DNA from: Vicinamibacterales bacterium
GTDB taxonomy: Bacteria; Acidobacteriota; Vicinamibacteria; Vicinamibacterales; UBA8438
Assembly: GCA_965263195.1 (NCBI GenBank)
Contig: OZ253664.1
Location: forward strand, 2,037,045 to 2,101,044
Direction: 5' to 3'
DNA length: 64,000 bases
The translations under genes and the position numbers were made by a program. This document shows positions 55,218 to 64,000 of this stretch, piece after piece (the stretch's first letter is position 1; the number at the start of each line of letters is the position of its first letter). The notes beneath the pieces were generated by a model that was not told the origin of the DNA, did not search any database, and saw only the letters and a program-made list of their open reading frames with translations.

Positions 55218-56261
55218 CTACCAGAGCCGGGAGCCGCGGTCGGGCCCCTGCAGGCCGAAATAGCCATACGCGCGCTCGGTCGCAACCCGGCCCCGCGGCG
55301 TGCGGTCGATGAACCCGGCCTGGATGAGGAACGGCTCGTAGATATCTTCGATCGCTTCCTTTTCCTCGCTGATCGCCGCCGCAATGCTGTTGAGACCGAC
55401 CGGCCCGCCGCCGAACTTGTCGATGACGGCCCGCAGCAGCCGCCGGTCCGCCTCGTCAAAGCCGTTGTCGTCCACCCCCAGCAGCTCCAGCGCCTGCCTG
55501 GCCACCGCGGTGTCGACCGCGCCGTCCGCCCGTACCTCCGCATAGTCGCGCACCCGCCGCAAGAGGCGGTTCACCACGCGCGGCGTGCCCCGGCCGCGCC
55601 GCGCCAGCTCCCCCGCCGCGGCGGCATCGACTGGCACGTTCAGGATGCGGGCCGAGCGCGTGACGATCTCGCGCAGGTCGTCCTCCGTGTAGAAGTCGAG
55701 GCGATGCACGATCCCGAACCGCGTACGGAGGGGCGAGGTGAGCAGGCCCGCGCGCGTCGTGGCGCCGATCAGCGTGAACGGCTGGAGCGGCACCTTGACC
55801 GAACGCGCGCTGGGACCCTGCCCGATGACGATGTCGAGCTCGTAGTCCTCCAGGGCCGGATAGAGGATTTCCTCGATGACCGGGCTCATGCGGTGAATCT
55901 CGTCGATGAAGAGCACCTCGTGCGCCTTGAGATTCGTCAGCAACGCGGCGAGGTCTCCCGGCCGCTCCAGCACGGGGCCGGAGGTCGTACGGATCTGCAC
56001 CTCCAGCTCCTGCGCAATGATGTAGGCGAGCGTGGTCTTGCCCAGGCCCGGCGGACCGTACAGCAGCACGTGATCGAGCGCTTCCCGGCGCTGCCGGGTC
56101 GCCTCGATCGACACGGCCAGGTTCTCGCGCACGCGCTCCTGGCCGACGTAGTCCGCCAGCGTGCGCGGCCGGAGACCCGCCTCGTACTGCAGCTCCTCGG
56201 CGTCCCGCAGCGGGGTGACGATCCGCTCGGTCGCCGCCGGCTGTGGCTCTTGATCGGTCAT
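55218..56261 (-). CDS. ruvB: Holliday junction branch migration DNA helicase RuvB
   Basis: ..[12 protein letters not shown].., Walker [12 protein letters not shown], ..VLFIDEIHR.. Confidence 0.95.
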   Translation of the reverse strand: MTDQEPQPAATERIVTPLRDAEELQYEAGLRPRTLADYVGQERVRENLAVSIEATRQRREALDHVLLYGPPGLGKTTLAYIIAQELEVQIRTTSGPVLERPGDLAALLTNLKAHEVLFIDEIHRMSPVIEEILYPALEDYELDIVIGQGPSARSVKVPLQPFTLIGATTRAGLLTSPLRTRFGIVHRLDFYTEDDLREIVTRSARILNVPVDAAAAGELARRGRGTPRVVNRLLRRVRDYAEVRADGAVDTAVARQALELLGVDDNGFDEADRRLLRAVIDKFGGGPVGLNSIAAAISEEKEAIEDIYEPFLIQAGFIDRTPRGRVATERAYGYFGLQGPDRGSRLW

Positions 56262-56854
56262 TTCGCCAGCTCGCGCAGCGCCTGGCGCAACGTCTTCTCG
56301 AATCCTGCCGCGCCGGACCCCGACGCCGCCTTCACCGCGCGCTCGGCCACCGAACGATGGTATCCGAGGTTGAGCAGCGCCGACACCACGTCGCCCCGCC
56401 CGTCGCCACCCGCCTGCGATTGATCCTCTCCGTCATCCCCGGGATCGAGGCCGGCCGGCAGGCGGTCCCGCAGCTCCAGCCCGATGCGCTCGGCCGTCTT
56501 CTTGCCCACGCCGGGGATGCGCGTCAGGCGGCTGACGTCGCCCTGCATCACCGCCCGCACCAGCTCCGGCGGCTCGATGCCGGACAGGACCGCCAGGGCC
56601 AGCCGCGGACCGACGCCGCTGATGGAGATAAGACGCTCGAACACCTGCAGCTCCAGCGTCGTCGCGAACCCGAACAGCGCCAGCGTGTCCTCGCGGACGT
56701 GGGTGTGCACGCGCAGCGACACCGTGCTGCCGGGCTCGCCCAGCTCGTAGAACGTGGAGAGCGGCACGTGCAGCTGGTACCCGACGCCCTGTACGTCGAC
56801 CAGCAGGCGCTCGGGTTGCTTGTCGACGATGCGGCCGGTGAGCGCGCCGATCAT
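56258..56854 (-). CDS. ruvA: Holliday junction DNA helicase RuvA
   Basis: [25 protein letters not shown].., HhH ..ISGVGPRLA.. and ..[12 protein letters not shown]... Overlaps the ruvB start by 4 nt. Confidence 0.9.
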   Translation of the reverse strand: MIGALTGRIVDKQPERLLVDVQGVGYQLHVPLSTFYELGEPGSTVSLRVHTHVREDTLALFGFATTLELQVFERLISISGVGPRLALAVLSGIEPPELVRAVMQGDVSRLTRIPGVGKKTAERIGLELRDRLPAGLDPGDDGEDQSQAGGDGRGDVVSALLNLGYHRSVAERAVKAASGSGAAGFEKTLRQALRELAK

Positions 56855-57441
56855 GGGGTGCTGCGGCGGCCCCGCCGCCCCGCGCCGCCGGTCGCCTCGT
56901 CAGCCTCGCGCGGACGATACTGGCGCCAACTGCGCGCCGGGCCGCCGCCGCGGCTGCCGCGCTCCCCCGTCGGGCCGATTGAGTGAGCGTGGCACACGGC
57001 CACGGCCAGCGCGTCGGAAGCATCGAGCGGCGACGGGGGCGCGTCCATGCCCAGGAGCAGCGTCACCATCTGCTGCACCTGCTGCTTGTCGGCGCGGCCA
57101 TACCCTACCACCGCCTTCTTCACCTCGGCCGGCGAGTACTCCGCCGCCGGCACGCCGGCCTTCGCGGCCGCGAGCATCAGCACGCCGCGCACATGCCCCA
57201 GTACCAGTGCGGACCGGACATTGCGCGCGTAGAACAGGTCTTCGAGCGCCACGACATCCGGTTGGTGCGCCGCGATCAGCCTGGCGAGCCCGTCGTGGAC
57301 GGCCAGGAGCTTGTCGGGGAGGGCAGCGTGCGCCGGTGCGGCGATCGCGCCGCAGACGATGAGCCGGTGCCGGCTGCCGCTCGTCTCGATGCAGCCGTAG
57401 CCGGTGCGCCGGGAGCCGGGGTCGACCCCGAGGATTCTCAC
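56851..57441 (-). CDS. ruvC: crossover junction endodeoxyribonuclease RuvC
   Basis: GTG at 57441 overlaps the yebC stop (GTGA). VRILGVDPGSRRTGYG.. Confidence 0.9.
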   Translation of the reverse strand: MRILGVDPGSRRTGYGCIETSGSRHRLIVCGAIAAPAHAALPDKLLAVHDGLARLIAAHQPDVVALEDLFYARNVRSALVLGHVRGVLMLAAAKAGVPAAEYSPAEVKKAVVGYGRADKQQVQQMVTLLLGMDAPPSPLDASDALAVAVCHAHSIGPTGERGSRGGGPARSWRQYRPREADEATGGAGRRGRRSTP

Positions 57442-58187
57442 GCCAACGACGCCTCGATCTCCTTGGCGTCGATATCGAAGTTGGACCACACGTGCCGCAC
57501 GTCGTCGTGGTCCTCAAGCAATTCCATCAGCTTCAGGATCTGGCGGACCGCCGCGCCTTCGACCTTGACGTAGTTCTGGGGCAGCATCGCGAGCTGCGCG
57601 CTTGCCGGCTCGATGCCGGCCTGCTTCACGGCCTCCAGCACGGAATCGTATGTCTCCGGCGAAGTCACCACTTCCCAGTGCTCGTCGTCCTCCTGGATAT
57701 CGTCGGCGCCCGCGTCGATGACCGCCGTCATGAACGCGTCCTCGTCAACGCCATCCTGTTCGACGATGAGGTGGCCTTGCTTGGCGAACAACCAGGCCAC
57801 GCTGTTGGTCGTGCCGAGGTTGCCGCCGTGCTTCGACAGCAGGTGGCGGATCTCCCCGACCGCGCGGTTGGTGTTGTCCGTCAGCACGTCGATCAGCAGC
57901 GCCGCGCCGCCCGGACCGTAGGCCTCGTAGGTGATCTCTTCGTACGAGACGCCGGGCTCCTCGCCCGTGCCCCGGCGAATCGCCCGCTTGATGTTGTCGG
58001 CCGGCATGTTGGCGGCCTTCGCATCGGCGACGACCGTCCGCAGCCGCGGGTTGCTGTCCGGGTCACCGCCGCCGTCGCGGGCGGCGACCGTCAACTCCTT
58101 GATGATGCGGGTGAAGACCTTGCCGCGCTTGGCGTCGGCAGCGCCTTTCTTGTGCTTGATCGAATGCCACTTGGAATGGCCTGACAT
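57438..58187 (-). CDS. yebC: YebC/PmpR family DNA-binding transcriptional regulator
   Basis: ATG at 58187. MSGHSKWHSIKHKKGAADAKRGKVFTRIIKE.. Confidence 0.9.
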   Translation of the reverse strand: MSGHSKWHSIKHKKGAADAKRGKVFTRIIKELTVAARDGGGDPDSNPRLRTVVADAKAANMPADNIKRAIRRGTGEEPGVSYEEITYEAYGPGGAALLIDVLTDNTNRAVGEIRHLLSKHGGNLGTTNSVAWLFAKQGHLIVEQDGVDEDAFMTAVIDAGADDIQEDDEHWEVVTSPETYDSVLEAVKQAGIEPASAQLAMLPQNYVKVEGAAVRQILKLMELLEDHDDVRHVWSNFDIDAKEIEASLA

Positions 58188-58343
58188 GGGAAACGCTCTC
58201 CGGTTGCTTGAACGACGGGAGCCGCGCAAAACGACCGCGCAGCAGCTGTCCGGACTCGCGACGACCGCGCATATTATCGCAGATGTAGCAGTATCATAAA
58301 GCCCCGGCGGAAGCCGGAGCAGCGGCACGGAGGGACCATACCA

Positions 58344-59411
58344 ATGACACCCGATTGGGCACCCAACATCCATCCGATGATCGTCCACTTCCCGATCGCC
58401 CTGCTAACGGCCGGGCTGGTGGCCGACCTGCTCAGCCTGATCCTGTTCCGGCGCCCGGCGCTGCGGGACGCCGCGACGTGGCTGTACTGCGCCGGCGCGG
58501 CCGCCGCCATCGCCGCCTACCTCACGGGCGAGAACGCGGCGGATTCCATGCTGCTGCCGGCCGAGGTGGCGCCGCTGGTCGACGTCCACGACAACTGGGC
58601 GTTTCGGACCATGCTGCTCTTCACGCTGCTGGCCGCCGCGCGGGTGGCCCTGCCGTTCTTCATGACGCTCAAGGCGCCGGCCTGGTGGGCGGCGTTCGTG
58701 CTGGCGCTGGCCGGCCTGGGCCTGTTGTTCGAGACGGCCGAGCATGGCGCGCAGCTCGTCTACGTGCACGGGCTCGGCGTGCGGACCATCACCATCGATA
58801 CGCCGCTAGAGGAACTGATCCCGGAAGCGGCGGCGGACCAGGTCGATCCCGGTCCCATCGATCTGGGCGACGGCTCGTGGGTCTGGCGACCGGTCCAGGG
58901 CGCGGACGCGGTGCTGGCGGAACAGTTCACCTGGATGCAGAACAGTCCGGCCGGACTGTCCGCCGCGATCGTGGACGACACGGAGAAAGGCTCGGTGCTG
59001 GGCTTCCATCCGGCGGGAGCGCCGGCGCTGCTCGTCGCGGGCGGCGCGATCGACGCCGCGCAGGCCGATGTCTACGTCAACGTCGACCAGCTCGACGGCG
59101 AGCTGCAGATCCTCCTGCACGCCCAGGACGCGGATAATTTCGACTACTTCTCGGTCGACGGGACGACCGCCGCGCTGGGCCGGATGGAGGGCGGCACGTC
59201 CACGGTATTCGAGGAAAAGACCATCGACGCGTCAGGCTGGCTGTTCCTGCGCGTGTTCGGCGGCGACGGTCACTTCCGGGGCTATGTGAACGGCGACCTG
59301 GTAGCGCACGGCCACGCCGACGACCTGCCGCCCGGTCCGTTCGGCTTGAAGGTAAGCGGCGCCGGGACCGTCCTCGTCGAGCAGATCCAGGTGCAGGCAG
59401 TGAGCGACTAG
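58344..59411 (+). CDS. membrane protein, DUF2231-like N-terminal domain plus C-terminal DUF1080/LamG-like domain
   Basis: ATG at 58344 after GGAGGGA. ..IHPMIVHFPIALLTAGLVADLL.., four TM helices. The C-terminus ..FRGYVNGDLVAHG..FGLKVSGAGTVLVEQIQV is jelly-roll-like. Confidence 0.65.
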   Translation: MTPDWAPNIHPMIVHFPIALLTAGLVADLLSLILFRRPALRDAATWLYCAGAAAAIAAYLTGENAADSMLLPAEVAPLVDVHDNWAFRTMLLFTLLAAARVALPFFMTLKAPAWWAAFVLALAGLGLLFETAEHGAQLVYVHGLGVRTITIDTPLEELIPEAAADQVDPGPIDLGDGSWVWRPVQGADAVLAEQFTWMQNSPAGLSAAIVDDTEKGSVLGFHPAGAPALLVAGGAIDAAQADVYVNVDQLDGELQILLHAQDADNFDYFSVDGTTAALGRMEGGTSTVFEEKTIDASGWLFLRVFGGDGHFRGYVNGDLVAHGHADDLPPGPFGLKVSGAGTVLVEQIQVQAVSD

Positions 59412-59414
59412 CGG

Positions 59415-59903
59415 CTAGGCCAGCGGGCGATCCAGCCGCATCGCCATCGGCACGAACACTATGCCGTTCACGCTACGCTCCGGACCCGTCTGCCGGAACC
59501 CCAGCTTTTCGTACGCCGCAACACCGTAGCGTGACGAATTCATCGTCACGCGCTCCACGTCGGGCCTGGTGACGCGCGCCTGCTGCAGCGCGCGGTCAAA
59601 TAGCGCGCCGGCAATCCCCCGCCGGTGAAACTGCTTCCCCACGAACAGCAGCGCCACGTGGTTGCAGTCGCGGATCTCGGTGATGCCGGCGAGCCGGCCG
59701 CCGACCTCCGCCACCATCACGAAATGGCTGCCGCCTCGCACGCGCTCCCGGAACGCCTCCGGGTCGGCATAGCGGTGGAACTCGGCAACGCCCTGCTCGG
59801 TGTAGTCGGGGCCTATGAACTCATCGAAAGCCGAGCGGACCAGGTCCGAGACCTGCTCCACGTCGGCCGGCTTCATCATGCGGCAGGTGACAGGTTCGCG
59901 CAT
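59415..59903 (-). CDS. GNAT family N-acetyltransferase
   Basis: ..VALLFVGKQFHRRGIAGALFDRAL.. (acetyl-CoA binding motif A). Confidence 0.8.
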   Translation of the reverse strand: MREPVTCRMMKPADVEQVSDLVRSAFDEFIGPDYTEQGVAEFHRYADPEAFRERVRGGSHFVMVAEVGGRLAGITEIRDCNHVALLFVGKQFHRRGIAGALFDRALQQARVTRPDVERVTMNSSRYGVAAYEKLGFRQTGPERSVNGIVFVPMAMRLDRPLA

Positions 59904-59906
59904 GGT

Positions 59907-60365
59907 TCAATCTTGCGCGACATCATAGTGTTCCCACAGGTATTCGGGAAAATAGCTGTGCAGGTGCAGGAAGATTTCGTGCACCAGATTGACCGATTTG
60001 GTGACGCCGTAGGCGTGGTGCCCCGGCCTGGCGACCACCTGGACCTGCAGGGTACCGCGGTGGTTGGAGCAGCCGGGCCGGGCGCGGCGGCGGTCGATGC
60101 GGCGGTGCGCCGGCAGCGACGGCGCCGACCGTCCCTCGATGAACTGCCGGAGCTCCGCGGCGAGCGGTGACCGAGCCCGCACGTGCGGCAGCACGTTCGT
60201 GAAGGTCAGCGTACCGCTGGCCGGCTCATACGTCAGCTTGAACGGCCTGTCGGCCAGCCACAGGAAGCGGAAGTAGTACCGGCCGGCCCGCAGCGGCTGC
60301 TCCGCGTACCCGCGGAACACGCCGCGGTCGGCATACGTCTGGAGGCGCCGGCGCACTGCCGCCAC
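59907..60365 (-). CDS. hypothetical protein
   Basis: Only the 3' part of track ORF 59907..62480 is credible; upstream it is antisense to the ThDP enzyme. GTG at 60365 is the first plausible start after the repeat element, but the start is uncertain. Confidence 0.4.
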   Translation of the reverse strand: MAAVRRRLQTYADRGVFRGYAEQPLRAGRYYFRFLWLADRPFKLTYEPASGTLTFTNVLPHVRARSPLAAELRQFIEGRSAPSLPAHRRIDRRRARPGCSNHRGTLQVQVVARPGHHAYGVTKSVNLVHEIFLHLHSYFPEYLWEHYDVAQD

Positions 60366-60376
60366 GTCTTTGTCCG

Positions 60377-60425
60377 GATGGGGCTGCGCCCCGGCCGCCG
60401 AGCCGCGCCGTGCGCGGCTTGGGGA
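60377..60425. repeat. GC-rich palindromic (REP/MITE-like) intergenic element, compact copy
   Basis: GATGGGGCTGCGCCCC-GGCC-GCCGAGCCGCGCCGTGCGCGGCTTGGGGA. Internal stem AGCCGCGC/GCGCGGCT. Confidence 0.55.
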
Positions 60426-60487
60426 CAACTCCGTATCTTGCGTGTTGTCCCTTCGCAGGTCGGGACTACCGCCGCGTAAGCGCGGCA

Positions 60488-62437
60488 TCAGTGGTTGTAC
60501 GACATCACGCCCGGCTCGACCTTGCCGAGGAACCCGGGCGGATACTGGTCGCGCAGCCAGAACTCCTTCTTCGCCTGCACGTTGATGACCGACGGGCGGC
60601 TCTCGTCCAGCGCCACCTGATAGGCCCGCTCCAGCGCCGGCTTGAACTCGGCGGAGCGCGTCACGTATTCCCCGTGCGCGCCCAGCGCCTCGCCCATCTT
60701 GTCGTAGCGCACGTTCTCCTGGAACAGGTGGATGGGCAGGCTCACGGCGTTGTTGCGTTGGCCCGTCCACGTGCCCCACGCGTTGTTGTTGTAGACGATC
60801 AGCACGACCGGCAGGCGGTACTTGGAGAGTGTCTCGATCTCCATCCCCGAGTAGCCGATGCCGCCGTCGCCCGTGATGGCCACCACCGGGTGCCCCTGGT
60901 AGTCGGCCTGCGCGCCGACGCCCTGCTGCACCGCCACCGCCGTGCCCAGGGCGTAGCCGACGTCCGGGCCGATGGCGCCGTACTGGTACGCCCCGTTGAT
61001 GATCTGGCCCGGCCGGAACCCGCGCAGGTAGCGGCGCGTGTAGCGGGCGATCCCGTAGCCGCCCTGGATGATGGTGGTGCGGTCCCGCGGCAGGCTGCCG
61101 TTGTGCACGAAGTCGGCGACCTCCTTGCCGAGCACCGCCGGGTGGACCGCATCCGTGTAGCCCAGACCGGTCTGGTAGAACTGCTCGTTCTCGGCCTCGA
61201 ACTCCTGCCGGGCCGCGGCCACCTCGGCCACCCAGGCGTCGTGCCGCTGTTGCGGCATGGCGTCGGCGAGCGCCTCGAGCGCGACCATCTCGTCGCTGAC
61301 GATACCGACGTCGATCGGCAGGTTGCGGCCGATGTCCTCGGCGGCCGGGTCGATCCGGATGTAGCGCGCGTCGGGGCCGAAAGCGAACTCGCCCATCGCC
61401 GGCATGCAGTACTGCCCCACCAGCAGCACGACGTCGGCGCTCGGCAGCGCGCCCGGCGCCGCGTCGGCCGACAGCGGGCTGTCGGCCGGAAACTGCCCCT
61501 TCATCGCGCCCGACTCGACGACCGGGATCTGCGCCTTCTCCGCGAGCCGCTGCAGCGCCTTCCAGGCCTTGTGGTAGAACACGCCGTTGCTCGACACGAT
61601 GATCGGCCGCTGCGCGCCTCGCAGCAGGGCCGCCGCGGCGTCGATGGCCTTGGGATCCGGGTGCGGCTTCGCCTCTGTCCGGTAGCGCGTCTTGTCGTAG
61701 TAGTACTCCAGCTCGCTGGCGTCCGCGAACTGCGCGCCCGCCACCTCGGCCGGGAAGTCCAGGTGCACCGGCTTCGGCACGCCGGTCTTCAGCTGCCGGA
61801 AGGCGTAGCCCGCGTATTCCCACGTGCGTTCCGGCGTGATGAGCCGCTTGCCGTACTTGCGCAGCCCCTCCGTGTTCGGCTGCTGGTAGCCGTCCTGGAT
61901 GCCGCGCTCGGTGTCGTCGCCGCGGATGGTCGAGTTGCTCGCCACCACCAGGATGGGCGAACGGGCTGCATTCGCGGCGGCAATCCCGCAGATCATGTCG
62001 GTGAACCCCGGCCCCTCGGTGCCGGAGGTCGCCGCGATCTCGCCCGTGGCGCGGCAGAACGCATCGGCCGCGTGACACAGCGAGCCCTCGTGACGGCCCG
62101 AGAACGTCGGAATCCCCAACTGGGCCATCGCGTGCACCACCAGGTAGTTCCCCGGGCAGCAGAACAGCGCGCCGACACCCTCTTCCTTGCACGCGCGCGC
62201 AAACACCTGCGCGCCGATCATCGGGAAGTCGACCGCCGGCCGCGGCGCCCGCGCCGCCGCTTCGAACTCGCTGGGGATGGTGATCGGCCTGGCGTCCTCT
62301 TCCGCAGCGGCCGCGATGCCTCCGGTGCCGAGCGCTGCCGCCGTCGCGCCGGCGCCGCCGAGCATCGCCTTCTTCATGAACAACCGACGGGATTCCGCGA
62401 CCTTCTCCTGCTTGCGATTCTGACCGCCCTTCTTCAT
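60488..62437 (-). CDS. thiamine-diphosphate-dependent enzyme (acetolactate synthase/POX superfamily) with twin-arginine signal peptide
   Basis: N-terminus ..[31 protein letters not shown] (SRRxFxK Tat motif plus h-region), then the Pyr domain (..[18 protein letters not shown]..) and the ThDP-binding motif [17 protein letters not shown]...YNNNAWG. Confidence 0.85.
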   Translation of the reverse strand: MKKGGQNRKQEKVAESRRLFMKKAMLGGAGATAAALGTGGIAAAAEEDARPITIPSEFEAAARAPRPAVDFPMIGAQVFARACKEEGVGALFCCPGNYLVVHAMAQLGIPTFSGRHEGSLCHAADAFCRATGEIAATSGTEGPGFTDMICGIAAANAARSPILVVASNSTIRGDDTERGIQDGYQQPNTEGLRKYGKRLITPERTWEYAGYAFRQLKTGVPKPVHLDFPAEVAGAQFADASELEYYYDKTRYRTEAKPHPDPKAIDAAAALLRGAQRPIIVSSNGVFYHKAWKALQRLAEKAQIPVVESGAMKGQFPADSPLSADAAPGALPSADVVLLVGQYCMPAMGEFAFGPDARYIRIDPAAEDIGRNLPIDVGIVSDEMVALEALADAMPQQRHDAWVAEVAAARQEFEAENEQFYQTGLGYTDAVHPAVLGKEVADFVHNGSLPRDRTTIIQGGYGIARYTRRYLRGFRPGQIINGAYQYGAIGPDVGYALGTAVAVQQGVGAQADYQGHPVVAITGDGGIGYSGMEIETLSKYRLPVVLIVYNNNAWGTWTGQRNNAVSLPIHLFQENVRYDKMGEALGAHGEYVTRSAEFKPALERAYQVALDESRPSVINVQAKKEFWLRDQYPPGFLGKVEPGVMSYNH

Positions 62438-62567
62438 CGAAGCTCCCCGTTTGCAACCGCTCTCCCGGATACCTTGCCACCCGCCGCGCCGAACGCGCCT
62501 ATCGTATCACCGGCCGGGCAAGGTTCGATCTCCGCGTCGCGACCCGCGCCGCACCCCACTCCATTGT

Positions 62568-62939
62568 TTAAACGTGCTGATCGATGAGGATGGGGTTGCC
62601 GTCCGGATCGACAGCCACGCAGCTGGCGGGTCCGGAGGTCGTTTCGTCCGCCTGACGTACAAGCTCGACGCCCGCCGCCTTGAGTCGCCGTTGAATCTCT
62701 CTGACGTCCATGAACTTATCGAGCGGCTGGGCGTCCGCGTCCCAGCCCGGATTGAACGTCAGGATGTTCTTGTCGAACATGCCCTGAAACAGGCCGACCG
62801 TGTAGCCCGGGCCCTGCATGATGAGCCACCCCTGGCTCGCTTCACCCTGCGCCACCCGCAATCCCAGCTTCTCGTAGAACGCCCGCGATGCGGCGAGATC
62901 CTTTACCGCAAGGCTGATGGAGAAATTCCCAAGATCCAT
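62568..62939 (-). CDS. VOC/glyoxalase family protein
   Basis: MDLGNFSISLAVKDLAASRAFYEKLG.. and ..VAVDPDGNPILIDQ. Confidence 0.8.
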   Translation of the reverse strand: MDLGNFSISLAVKDLAASRAFYEKLGLRVAQGEASQGWLIMQGPGYTVGLFQGMFDKNILTFNPGWDADAQPLDKFMDVREIQRRLKAAGVELVRQADETTSGPASCVAVDPDGNPILIDQHV

Positions 62940-62981
62940 TTTGCGGCTCCTGTTTGCGAACAGTGCGGGCGCGGCGCCAAA

Positions 62982-64000
62982 TTACCGCGCAACGCCGGGC
63001 AACCGGGGCGCATCCGGCTTCACCGCCAGCTTGCTGGCCAGCTCGAACACCACATCGGTCATCTGCCGCTTGAAACCCTCGTCGTCCATGAAATGCTTGA
63101 ACAACTGGGTGTCGTCCTTCACCACGGACGTCATGGCGCGCAGCAGCGCCTTGTCGTGCTCGATGCGGGTGTTTGCATCGTCCGAGTTCAGCATCGCATT
63201 CTTGAAGGCGGCGTCCGCGGCCACACGGGTGGGGATGGTTTCGGTGATGAGCTGCCGCACGCGGTCTTCGTCGTCCCAGTCGATATCACCGAAGAGGTCG
63301 TTGAATACCTTGAGGATGTTCGACAGGCGATCCATCTCCGGATCCGGGGCGTGCCCTCCGCCGGCGGTCGGCACCGGGGCAATCTCGGCGTCTTCGTCGG
63401 GCAGGATGATCGTCTGCATCGCCTTCTTCTCGACCCGGTAGCTGTCGATATCGATGGCGTCCAGGATGCCCTTCGACAGGTCCTCGTCGTCAGGGGCCGG
63501 CAACTTCGAGATCAGAAAATTCAGGAAGATCGAGCGCTTCTCCCACGCGGCGTTGCCGTAGGAGAGGATGGATGACAGGAAGGCGTAGGTACGCACGAAA
63601 CCCTTGGCGTTGCCCTTGAACGCCACCTGGCCGTCCTCGTCAAGGTCGTTCTTGTAGACCGCTACACAGGCGTCCAGAATGGTATGGAGCTCGTCGACGG
63701 GAGTCCCGCCCAGGTAACGCTCTACGAACTCGTCGACCTGATCGGCCGTGTAGACCTGGGCCGCATCCAGATCCGCCTGCAGGTCGTGCAGCTTGTTGGG
63801 GTCGGTCTCGTCGGCCAGGATCGTCGCCCGATAGAAATCAGCGAACGAATCGTGGATAGTATCGGCGTCGTTCAGGAAGTCGAGCACGAACACGTCGTGC
63901 TTCTTCGGATGCGCCCGGTTGAGGCGCGACAGCGTCTGCACCGCCTTGATGCCGGAGAGGGTCTTGTCGACGTACATCGTGTGCAGCAGCGGCTCGTCGT
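62982..64000 (-). CDS. hsdR: type I restriction enzyme R subunit, C-terminal part (gene runs off the window)
   Basis: ..DEPLLHTMYVDKTLSGIKAVQTLSRLNRAHPKKHDVFVLDF.NDADTI..F..FY.. is typical of the HsdR helicase C-end plus C-terminal domain. The reading frame stays open to position 64000. Confidence 0.85.
   Translation of the reverse strand, partial: DEPLLHTMYVDKTLSGIKAVQTLSRLNRAHPKKHDVFVLDFLNDADTIHDSFADFYRATILADETDPNKLHDLQADLDAAQVYTADQVDEFVERYLGGTPVDELHTILDACVAVYKNDLDEDGQVAFKGNAKGFVRTYAFLSSILSYGNAAWEKRSIFLNFLISKLPAPDDEDLSKGILDAIDIDSYRVEKKAMQTIILPDEDAEIAPVPTAGGGHAPDPEMDRLSNILKVFNDLFGDIDWDDEDRVRQLITETIPTRVAADAAFKNAMLNSDDANTRIEHDKALLRAMTSVVKDDTQLFKHFMDDEGFKRQMTDVVFELASKLAVKPDAPRLPGVAR

Noticed and set aside
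52782-56423. ORFs 52782..53897(-), 53222..54313(+), 54677..55543(-) and 55176..56423(+) overlapping queA, fabH, ruvB and the tRNA
   Set aside because: They are alternative frames of strongly conserved housekeeping genes, and one even spans the tRNA gene.
60410-62587. Plus-strand ORF of 725 aa, and the upstream 700 codons of minus-strand ORF 59907..62480
   Set aside because: Both overlap the well-supported ThDP enzyme (60488..62437) in other frames. Only the last ~150 codons of 59907..62480 lie outside it and are kept as a tentative gene.
1-64000. CRISPR arrays, rRNA genes, riboswitch-like leaders
   Set aside because: I could not see any regularly spaced direct repeats with unique spacers, any rRNA-like sequence or any recognisable riboswitch consensus. 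Visual scanning is not exhaustive for riboswitches or small RNAs.

Overview
High-GC bacterial chromosomal segment. The strong GC bias creates many long spurious antisense ORFs. The DUF1592/DUF1552 pair, Tat-exported enzymes and secreted ankyrin proteins suggest a soil Acidobacteria/Gemmatimonadetes/Planctomycetes-like organism, but that is inference only. Core content, left to right: (1) a decaprenyl-phospho-arabinose-like module at 0.5-6.4 kb (methyltransferase, UbiA-type phosphoribosyltransferase, DprE1-like, DprE2-like, GT-C membrane transferase). (2) A form-II CO-dehydrogenase-like operon coxS-coxL-coxM plus a second tandem coxL at 6.5-12.6 kb. (3) A DUF1348 gene split into two halves (12577.. 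and ..24671) by an ~11.6 kb integrative island. The island carries a P4-like integrase, a coupled AlpA/ParB-like/HUH-Y2 (IS91-family) module, an IS1634-family transposase, cargo genes and a frameshifted repeat protein. (4) Housekeeping and periplasmic genes at 24.7-31.2 kb. (5) Three tandem paralogous secreted ankyrin-repeat proteins with an embedded cytochrome c' at 31.2-36.7 kb, divergent from a DUF1592 heme protein/DUF1552 pair. (6) A visibly AT-richer island at ~43.1-52.9 kb that abuts the 3' end of a tRNA(CAT). (7) queA, fabH, ruvBAC-yebC, a Tat-signal ThDP enzyme and a partial hsdR. The most interesting object is in the AT-richer island: a tightly coupled minus-strand operon of GHKL ATPase, an unknown gene interrupted by an IS, an unknown 252-aa protein, Dcm, a large protein with RNAP alpha-CTD-like and sigma region-4-like modules, and Vsr. 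I read it as a candidate undescribed methylation-linked defence system, currently inactivated by the IS insertion. No CRISPR array or rRNA was seen.
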